Below, in pieces: positions 53,840-64,000 of a stretch of 64,000 nucleotides of DNA (position 1 is its first letter; each line of letters begins with the position of its first letter). The notes under the pieces are model-generated. The model did no database searches, was not told the DNA's origin, and saw only the letters and a program-made list of their open reading frames with translations. Made by a program: the position numbers and the translations under genes. The stretch spans positions 102,176,001 to 102,240,000 of the forward strand of contig OX597823.1 of the NCBI GenBank assembly GCA_951406725.2, in the 5' to 3' direction. Source of the stretch: Octopus vulgaris. Its lineage: Eukaryota.

Positions 53840-54910
53840 CAGAGACTAAATGGTTACATTGTAACACGAAATAAAATAAGATCTTATACCCTAAGATGGA
53901 CTAAATCTTATAAAGAAGAAAGTAAAGATTTTAAAGCAACAGTAGGCTGGTGCAATCGTTTTATGAACAGAAAAAAATCTGGTAATAAGGGAAAAAATTA
54001 AAATCGCCCCAAAACTCCCGAAAGATCTCGATCACAAAGTAACCAGTTTTCACCAGTTCATCATCCAGCAGAGAAAAAGGCGTTAGTTTCCATTGTCTCT
54101 TATTGGAAATATCGATGAAACTCCATTAAACTTTGACATGCTGGGTAACAAAACAGTAGATTTGAAAGGAGTAAAAACAGTGCACGTTAAAAGCACAGGA
54201 TATGAGAAAACGAAGTTTATTGTGATATCCTGCATGGCTGATGGTACAAAATTAAAACCCATGGTTATTTTTAAATGTAAAAACAAAGCCCAAAATAGAT
54301 TTTCCTCCTGGCATTTTTGTTCATTTTCATGGGAAAGGGTAGAGGGACGAGAGTGGTGTGAAATTATGGATTGAGAATATTTGGAACAGGCGGCCAGGTG
54401 GCATACGAAATGAACGCAGTTTATTGGTTTGCGATATGTTTCGTAGCCACGTAACAGCAAATACTAAAACCCGGTTATCCAAAACCAATACTGATATTGC
54501 TGTTATTCCTGGTGGTTTGACTTCTATACTGCAACCACTTGATGTCAGTTTAAACAAACCATGTAAAGATAATGTGAGAAAGCAGTGGAATGACTGGATG
54601 ATGAATAGAGAAAAATATTTTATAAATGGTGGAGCTATGCATGCTGTTTCACTTGATGTTCTCTGTGATTTTGTTATAAACGCATCGGACAAAGTTAAAG
54701 TAGAAAGTGAGGTAAAATCATTTTTAAAATGCGGTATCTCTAATGCCATCGATGGTACCGAAGATGTACAATAGCGACGACGAAATCGATTCACCAGAAC
54801 CAGGCGGGAATCCTTACAATGACGGCATATATGATGAATCTTGTGATATGTATGAGAAACTTATAGAAACAAGTAGTGATGATTGTGAGGAATTTGATGG
54901 GTTTTAGATA
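53840..54910 (+). pseudogene. pogo/Tigger-family DDE_1 transposase relic
   Basis: FKATVGWCNRFMNR (CENP-B HTH end), IGNIDETPLNFDM..STGYEK..CMADGTKLKPMVIFK, LLVCDMFRSH, IPGGLTSILQPLDVSLNKP..KSFLKCGIS; frameshifts. Confidence 0.88.
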
Positions 54911-55455
54911 AACACATATGGCAGGTTTGATGTTTTATTGATATTATATATCTCGAAAGAAATAAAAACAATTTATAGTGTCTTAAAATAATTTCATTGC
55001 AAATGAAAGGTTGTGTGTAATCCAAATTGTGTTATTTACCACCAAATGATAATAGATATCTTATGAAAAAAGTAAATATGTTATTCTAAATGTTATTAGT
55101 TATACAACACTATTAAAACTTTTGAAAGGTTAGCAAAAGATAAAGGTTATTGTGAGCGCAACCATAACTCGATATTTACATTTTCTCTGCCTAACTCGCA
55201 TAGATAAAAGTTGATTTCAATAATATAGAATTATCTCTCGAATAGGCTATTTATTATGAAGGTATGCTAATAATATATAAAGTAAAAATGTTTTTATTAC
55301 CTGTATTATGATTGTTTCTTATTTTGTTAATCTGTTCCCGTATGTCTGTGGTTATCGCAACGAGGTCGAGGTTAGCTTCTTTATAAAATCACTTAAAATT
55401 CAAAGTTTGATTTTTAGAATGGTGGGTATAAGACGACCCCAAATTACTAGGGTAA

Positions 55456-55513
<58 letters not shown>

Positions 55514-55519
55514 TTAATA

Positions 55520-56116
55520 GTGCTTGAAAATGACCACATCTCACTCCTCTGGAACTTCACCATTCAAACTGACAGAAAGATAGATGCAAATAGGCCAGAC
55601 ATCATATTGAAAGACTTCAAACAAAGAACATGCCTCCTCATTGATATGACTGTCCCAATCGATATAAACGTATCTGTCAAGACCTACTAAAAACTGAGCA
55701 AATATAAAGATCTTGAAAAAAAATCAGCAAAATGTGGAACCTGAAGACTAAAACAATACCTGTTGTCATAGGTGCCCTGGGAATGATAGCAAAAGGGGCT
55801 GATAGCTACCTAACTCAGATACCAGGAAACCCCAAAATGGCAGAAATTCAAAAGATAGTGCTCATGGGAACTGCTCATATCCTACGCAAAATACTTTCTA
55901 TGTAATCTCAAGGTTTAAAACAAACATAATTTTCGGTTTAAAAAAATTTTTTTTTTTTAGACATTCATTAGTACAACACCAAAAACTCCACCCCCCCCCA
56001 ATATATGGCACACTAGGAATAACAACAACATGAACTTCCAACCTGTTGTCTCTTGAGGTCTCTGGGTGAGACTTGGAGCCAACTTGTACAAATATAAAGC
56101 AAAACTCAAGCATAGT
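55520..56116 (+). mobile_element. 5'-truncated R4/Dong-type non-LTR retrotransposon (RLE endonuclease plus 3' UTR) in (TAA)n
   Basis: LWNFTIQTDRKIDANRPDIILKDFKQRTCLLIDMTVP..KLSKYKDL..MWNLKTKTIPVVIGALG..IQKIVLMGTAHILRKILS; (TAA)n on both flanks. Confidence 0.85.
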
Positions 56117-56206
<90 letters not shown>

Positions 56207-57013
56207 GTAAATGGCAAGTTTGGGTGTTTGTGAAATTGCTACATTAACTCCTCCGAGACTATCCAACAGACTTTGATGAAACTTGACATGTGTGGCGGGG
56301 TTTATGCGCATGCGGCCACTTACGCACTTGGAATTTTTTTTAATTGATTTTTAATCGGGATTGATTTTTCACAAATTTTAAAATTTCGGCATTTTTCGCA
56401 CTAGTTATCGTGACATCAATTTGACGAAAAATGCCGGAATTTGACGAAAAATGTTTCATGGGTATAAACAGACAGCTGATTAAGGGTAATCTATTTAGCA
56501 TTTGCTAATTCTTCATTTCAATGCGAATTGTTTTGATTTGCTAAAACTTATTATTTCAATTCGTTGTTTTAATTCCCCAGCGTTTCAGGTTTTGATTAGG
56601 TAAGACCATTTTATTTCTCAAGCAAAATTTAGGTATTTTGCGCACTAGCCGTCCTGACATCAATTTGACGAAATGTGCCCCTGAGCGTAAAATTTCGCCA
56701 TTTTACGCACATGCATAAAAATGACGACAAAACAGGTTCGCTACACAATCTTGTACGCAGTTAATTGAACCTTGTTGATTCATTATTTTTGCTCGCCTAC
56801 AATATAGTGTATTATTCTCGGAGATCTTAAGGTGATAATAGTATCTTTAGCGTCTATTTCTTGCAGTGCGTGGTGAGGCGTAAAGCCAATCCTTTGTTAT
56901 AATTATGTATATAATTATAAAATATCTTTTAAAATTTACCGATGAGGTTTTTATTTCCGCACTGACCACCTGGTAAAACTTTTATCGATTTTACCCTTTT
57001 ATTATAATTAATT

Positions 57014-57075
<62 letters not shown>

Positions 57076-57077
<2 letters not shown>

Positions 57078-57308
57078 TCTTTACTCTTTTACTCTTTTAC
57101 TTGTTTCGGTCATTTGACTGCGGCCATGCTGGAGCACTGCCTTTAATCGAGCAACTCGACCACGGGACTTATTCTTTTGTAAGCCTAGTACTTATTCTAT
57201 CGGTCTCTTTTGCCGAACTGCTAAGTAACGGGGACATAAACACACCAGCATCGGTTGTCAAGCGATGTTGGGGGGGGGGACAAACACAGACACACAAACA
57301 CACACACG

Positions 57309-57342
<34 letters not shown>

Positions 57343-57497
57343 TACGACGGGCTTCTTTCAGTTTCCGTCTACCAAATCCACTCACAAGGCATTGGTCGGC
57401 CCGGGGCTATAGCAGAAGACACTTGCCCAAGATGCCACGCAGTGGGACTGAACCCGGAACCATGTGGTTGGTTAGCAAGCTACTTACCACACAGCCA
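57076..57497 (-). mobile_element. SINE family B, full length
   Basis: (ctctttta)3 tail ... gtgggactgaacccggaaccatgtggttggttagcaagctacttaccacacagcc. Confidence 0.88.
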
Positions 57498-57694
57498 TAT
57501 ACATATATACCATTTATTTTTTTTATCTTTTACTTGTCTCAATCATTAAACTGCGGCCATGCAGGGGTATCGCCTCGAAGGGTTTAGTCGAACAGATCGA
57601 CCCCAGTACCTATGTTTCTTTTTGCTCTCTCAAGCAGGTACTCACTCTGTCGTATTCTTTTCCTAAACTGCTATGTTATGGAGAGTGTAAACAA

Positions 57695-57738
<44 letters not shown>

Positions 57739-58038
57739 TTTCCGATTTGAAGGTGAAAAGAAAAACTGCATTTTCTTTTCATCTGAGTGGAGTCAAAAGC
57801 TTACAGCAGACTTGAGTTAAAGTCAAAGTAAACAGCCCAAAAAGAACAGAGGCAAGAAATAAAACTAGATTGTTTAAGCACTCATTAAATGCAGAGAGAA
57901 TGTAAGTATAATGGCAATTTCATAAGGTCTTAAGAAAACATTACTGGCTGGCGTTCGTAATAAAGGATTCAACGTGAACGCTTTGATTTCTTCAATTCCT
58001 TCTTTTATTTATTTGTTGTCTGTTTCTCTTTCTTTCTC

Positions 58039-58073
<35 letters not shown>

Positions 58074-58396
58074 CTCTTTTATACATACACACACACACAC
58101 GCACACACAATCGGACTTTCTTGCGCTCTCTATCTCTATTTCATTCTGTGTGTTGTTTCCTCCTCACACATTTTCTGACCTTCTTTTCTTTCAAGATCTA
58201 TAGATTCATTCGTACCAGTCTTCTTTGTAAAAGGTTAATAATGTAAAAGATCGGTCATTCGGACATTCTTATGTACAATAATACATACATGCATACATCT
58301 ACACACACACACGCACGTACATGGCTACACACACACACACACACACGCACACACACACACACACACACACAAGCAAAAAGAAGAGAGAATGGGCGA

Positions 58397-58432
<36 letters not shown>

Positions 58433-58584
58433 AGGTAGAGGAATAAAAAGAAGTATCTCAAATATTTATTTCTGAATCAATGGTTTGATCAGAGGTGTCC
58501 TCAAAATACTTGAACTTCACAATCAAATATGGCGAGCAAAAAAATCGGACGAAATCACTTCTTTTCTAAACAAACAACTGCAAA

Positions 58585-58635
<51 letters not shown>

Positions 58636-58738
58636 ATAGACCAATGATGATGTCACTGTTCAATAGCAACTGCAACAATGATGATCTCAACGATGATAAT
58701 AACTATAGTTACAATAGCAAAAGAGGAAACCTCTACAT

Positions 58739-59036
58739 CAGGGGTTCTCAACCATTTTTTTATCTATGAACCCCTTTCATTAGTATTTTATCCCAAGGAC
58801 ACCCATAAAAAACTAGTTTTATAGAAACTTCTTCCAAAATTCTTTTTTGTTTTTCACGCATTGAGATGTATCGGTTGAACTATGTGAAATGTTAGAGAAA
58901 GAAGCCTAGCTGTTTCTTGCAATACATACCAATACATACATCTAATGTAAAAAAAATACTACTGTGGATCTCTAATTTATTTTTTTATTGCGTGGACCCC
59001 TAAAACTCTTATATGGACTGCGATTGAGAACCTCTG
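58739..59036. mobile_element. hAT (Charlie-like) MITE
   Basis: TIRs CAGGGGTTCTCAA / TTGAGAACCTCTG; degenerate 8-bp TSD ctctacat / ctttacgt. Confidence 0.7.
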
Positions 59037-59974
59037 CTTTACGTTATCGTTTTACCTTGTAGAGACAGAACCTAGTTTTCACTCAAATCACATCATATTT
59101 AGGTTCTTTTTAAAAACATAATGAAGTGTTTATATAGTGTTGTCTTTGTAAAACTTAAAAAGACAAGATAGCCGTAGCCGGAATACTTTTGATTATAAGA
59201 TTGTCCAATCAGAATTGACATGCGGTAAATCGAGACCAATACGAGGCAATGTGTAATTCATTGTGTGGTCAATTAACATGCTAGAAATAACAGTAGAATC
59301 TCTCTCAAATCACGCCCTTACCATGAATCCGAGGCTCCTGAACATAGAATTAATAAGATGAAATAGTCACGACTGGAGTGGTTTTGCTCACGACTCTGAT
59401 CAAATATGTCTCACCATTAACCATGCCCGTCGCTAACGAGATGCACTGAACGGCACTGGTTCTTCATTATTCAATGGTGCGCCCCCAGATTATAAAAAAA
59501 AAATACAGTTTACAAAAATCTTCCCGAAATACAAACTTGTGTCTACACAGAATATTCTGAAGAAACATTCCACCCTCAGCCCGGACACCAAAGTTTGACG
59601 ACGGGTCTGCCAGTAACGATGACAACGACACAAATAGTAATAACAATAACAACAGCAACAGTAACAACAGAATCAATGAAGGTGACTTCAAGAGAATCAA
59701 ATTAAGCCAGTTAGTGTTAATAATATGCTTCGAAAAGGCATGCGAGCCAGAAAAATAAGAACAATAGCAACACAAGTTAAAACAACAACGATATCGATTG
59801 AAAACAACAATAACAAAAATAGAAGCAGCTCCAGCGTTCTTCTGGCTGTAGCTCATCAGTGTTACGGTGACGAGGGGATGCTCATCTGTCAGATATTAAG
59901 ATAACACTGACAGATTGATAACACAAATACATACGGATATCACTGACTAAAAGGCCATCACTGATATGCAGACA

Positions 59975-60017
<43 letters not shown>

Positions 60018-60208
60018 CTTTTTAGGATTTTAGGAACGTGATTCTCGAAGCAAATAAAGCTATAAATAACAGCGAGTAAATATCGGGTTTAAAATCCTTT
60101 GGATAAAAGAGTGGTAAACTGCCCGTGCGACCCGAACCCACATCTTTCAAAAAAGAATCATTTCATGTTCTCAAAGTTTCTAAATTTTTATCACGTCAAC
60201 AACATATT

Positions 60209-60253
<45 letters not shown>

Positions 60254-60679
60254 TATCCGAAGTGTACAATATTATATATCCTTTACGGCTGATCTTACCA
60301 GTCAGTTTCGCGCTGGGGATTCAATGCTCGTCAGAGGTAGCCGATATGGAATGAAATATGGCGACTGCTCTCTATTTTCAGAGGTGAATAGACACATCCG
60401 GTTTGCGGTTGCTGTGAAAAGATGGTGAAACGAAACGAGTTGGGGATTAAGTTTGGAGCTATATCCCCTGGTTCTGAAACATTGCCACTGGGGTGTTTAT
60501 GTTGCAAGTCGGTAAGAGTTATCTTAAAGTGATTGTGGGAAATGTGTTCGTCCTTAAGGTTGGTGTTCTTGTGGAAATGGAATATGTGTAGTGATATTAT
60601 GTGTATAACCTTTGCAGGTGATGTGGGCATATGCACCTGTGTTCGTTAGGGTGTTTTCTTTCTTTAATGTATTGGCGCA

Positions 60680-61270
60680 GCACCAGCAAGGTCATTACAT
60701 GGTTTTAAACCAATAACGGAAGGAGTAGAGCTAGGTTTATCCAATTTGATACGGTGGATTTTTATCCATCAATATTGAGGTAGCTCCTTTTTAAGGCACT
60801 GGACTTCACTAGGGCCTGCACTGAAGTCAGTGACGAGGACATACGCATTATCATGCACGCCAGAAGAACCCTACTTTTCAGTAAGGGGTCGGCCTGGGCC
60901 AAACGAACTGATCCAGCAGGTTCCTTCGACAGTGCTGACGTGTGTGACCACGTTGGTTTCTTCATCCTAGATGTACTTAAAGGGAGATCCCCTTCAACTA
61001 GCGTTGGCCTCTACGCGCTGGCAATATCCAGTGTGACAAACGACCACACGCTAGATAAGCTAAGAAAGGACCTCACCAGCACCATAAACACTCTTGGATT
61101 GAAGCTCATGATTGAAGCCAACCTGAAAACGATGGATTTCTTTGGTATGACCCTGGACTTGGAGTCCAGTGCCTATAGACCCTTTAGGAAGCCAAACGAG
61201 AAGCTATCATACATTAACACAGGTTCCTGTCATCCAGCCATAGTTTTCATGAACCTGGAAAATGCTTTTC
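60680..61270 (+). pseudogene. PLE reverse transcriptase relic
   Basis: RFIQFDTVDFYPSI; HARRTLLF..W.KR; GSFDSADVCDHVG; DFFGMTLDL..YRPFRKPNEKLSYINTGSCHP, resembling the 24.4-25.3 kb PLE. Confidence 0.8.
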
Positions 61271-61852
61271 AAGCAAAGATAATTGTTGTTATGGCGCATT
61301 TGTGCGGCGTTAAGATTAATGGAAATCATGGAGACCATATCTGCAAGTAGTATACCCATCATGACTACCCGTCTGATAAGGGTACACAAGGCACATGCAT
61401 CACAACCATATGTGCGTGACATGGTGATCTCATATCAAGATAAACAGCACATGACCTTGCAGGTGGGGCCCAGTTAGAATTTTCTTCTAGTCGAGTAACC
61501 CATCCTGCTCAAAAGGTCCCTGAATAAGGGTTGTTTAAGGATGTTGAACGAAACACCCATGTTTCCAGAGGTGAATTATTCAAACCCCAAAGAATCCCTC
61601 TCAACACATGGTTATGATGCTCCCCCACTACTTCTGCTCATGACCAGAGATGCACATATCCTCAGCCACTGAGGGACATGCTAAACTGGTTAAGGTCAAA
61701 CAACTGACAAGCAAATCTGTGGTATTGAGCAGAATATTTGCTGTAGCCCATCTTTTATACCAAGACAAAACAATGAACATGATAACACTTCCAATCAGTT
61801 AAGATCAGAAGTCACGAGAGCCACTGTCGTGGCATTTATTATTATTATTATT

Positions 61853-61905
<53 letters not shown>

Positions 61906-61915
61906 TATTATTATT

Positions 61916-63522
61916 CAGTAGTTTTATTTTTATAGCGTGCTTTCACTTCACTACCGAGCGCAGCTCTGTGTGCCTTGGGTATGTGCTGTGATTTGTTGTG
62001 ATGCTCTGATGGTTACTGTATTGAAAGTGTTCTGCGTAGGATGTGTGCAGTGCCCTGTAGTGCAATTTTCTGTATGTTATATGTGTTTGTAAGTCCTGGT
62101 GTTTTTGTTATGTATTTGTTTGAATCTTTTTTTATCATGCCTAATGCACCTACTATAATAGGAATTGTTTTTGTTTTTAGATTCCACATTCTGGTTACCT
62201 CTATTTCCAGGTCTTTGTATTTTGAAAGTTTCTCCATTTCTTTTAGAGACACGTTGTCATCTGCTGGTATTGATACATCAATTAGAAAGCATTTTTTTCT
62301 TCATGATCTCTAACAACTATATCTGGTCTGTTGGCTTTAATTTCTCTATCTGTGTGTATCGGCATATCCCAGAGTATGGTTGCTTTCTCGTTTTCTGTGA
62401 CCTTTTCTGGTGTGTGCCTATACCATCTTTTTTCTGTTGTTATTCCATAATGTCGGCATAGCTTCCGGTGTATGTAGGTCCCAACTCTGTCGTGTCTGTG
62501 AATATATTCCTTCTTAGCCAGGACTGGGCAGCCAGAGATAATATGATTTATTGTTTCTTGTCCATCTCCACATATTCTGCAGTTACTTGTTATATTTCTT
62601 TTCATTACATGTTTTTGGTAATTTCTGGTGGGGAGGCTTTGGTCTTGTGCTGCAATTAAAAATCCCTCTGTCTCTGCTTTGAGTCTTGAGCTTCTCAACC
62701 ATAGCTGGGATTTTTCTTTGTCTATTTCTTTTGCATTTAGTTTAGTCCAGTATTTGCCGTGAAGGGGCTTTTCTTGCCATCATTTTATCATGGTTCGTTG
62801 CTGTTCTAGTTTTAGTTTGGATTTCATTCCTTTTATAGCTTTTGTTGTTTCTTCATCTTCTTCTTCTTCTTATGACAAATACAAACAAGAAATCATACCA
62901 CCTAACAAAGGTGGTATGATTTCTTGTTTGTATTTGTCAGCTTCCTTAAATACTGAGAACAGTTTTTTGTTTTGCTCATGTTTTGTAGCTATTTGTATCA
63001 GTTTTCCTTCCTTCTGAAGTAGATATTTTTTGCAGTCCTATGGTGGTTATTTTATAGTAGTTTTCTAGCTGTATAAGGCCTCTACCACCTTCTATACGTT
63101 GTATATATAGCCTTTCTATGTCAGATTTTGTGTGATGCATCCTAGATCCTGTCATTATTCTTGTTTTCCTATCTATTTTGGTCAGTTCATTTAGTGTCCA
63201 GTTAAGGATATTGTAGCTGTAACTTATAACTGGGACGGCTAAAGTGTCAATATCTATTATCTTGTTTTTAGCATTGAGCTCTTTTTTTAGTATTGATCTA
63301 ACTCGTCTATAGTATTCTTTTTTTTTTATTTTCACTTTCATTTGTGTGTGTTGTGTCTTATCTAGTTCATGGATTCCTAAGTATTTGTAAGTTTGGCTTT
63401 GGTCTAATTCTTTTATTTCGTTGGTTTTATCTAGTGTGATGTTGCTACTCTTAACTAGTTTTCCTCTTTTCAGGGTTACTTTGGCACATTTTTCTAATCC
63501 AAATTTCATATCTATTTCTTTG
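61916..63522 (-). mobile_element. 5'-truncated R4/Dong-type non-LTR retrotransposon (RT end, CCHC knuckle, RLE) in (TAA)n/(TGA)n
   Basis: MKFGLEKCA..YKYLG; RLYIQRIEGGRGL; AAQDQSL; CRICGDGQETINHIISGC..RHD; NRPDIVV..IDVSIP..KLSKYKDL; flanked by trinucleotide tracts; frameshifts. Confidence 0.9.
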
Positions 63523-63576
<54 letters not shown>

Positions 63577-64000
63577 TGTCAGTTTGAAAACCATTGCTTC
63601 AAGGTTCAAGACCCGCACCAGAGTTGTGTATGTGTGGATGAAGGAAAGAGAGAGAAAGAGGGGAACAAAAAGAAAAACCGGAAGCGTAGAAAATATAAAA
63701 GGGAAACAAAAATAAATGTGTAAAAGGACGAGGGAAAGAATGAAAGAGAAATAAGAGATGGTGTTTATCTTGGTGTATCGCAAATGATACAATGGTTTTG
63801 TGTATGGCGGGATTATATTTGTAAGAGACAGACGGGAAAAGCAAACAGGAATAAGCAATAGAAAGTAAAGGGACTGAGGCTATAGAACATACTTGAAACA
63901 GATAGAAGTGAGAGAGAGAGAGACAGACAGACAGACAGATAGACAGACAGACAGACAGACAGACATACAGACAGAGAGAAGAGGTACAAAGAACAGGAAG

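Noticed and set aside
59811-59864. Minus-strand CTGATGA followed by a good stem-loop and a possible stem I
   Set aside because: No GAAA or stem III; cannot be called a hammerhead.

Overview
AT-rich, microsatellite-saturated eukaryotic (animal) intergenic or intronic DNA. No host protein-coding exon can be supported, and almost all ORFs in the track are translations of (TA)n, (CA)n, (TATG)n and similar repeats. The SINE families and repeat landscape suggest an octopus or other coleoid cephalopod genome (inference). The window is a graveyard of mobile elements: at least six Penelope-like retroelements (PLEs; RT plus C-terminal GIY-YIG), one of them near full length with direct pseudo-LTRs; two mariners, Tc1 and pogo relics; two R4/Dong-type LINE fragments in (TAA)n; Helitron-like elements, MITEs, a solo LTR and many tRNA-derived SINEs. 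The main hidden signal is a set of hammerhead-ribozyme (HHR) motifs read by eye. They occur in PLE pseudo-LTRs and also in short non-coding, often palindromic elements embedded in (TA)n tracts. They include unusual variants: a U3-A8 covariant core, recurrent C4 cores, and stem-II loops of 43 to 92 nt. Together they suggest a PLE-driven, microsatellite-targeting family of non-autonomous ribozyme-bearing foldback retroelements. Ribozyme activity is predicted from motif and pairing inspection only, not demonstrated.
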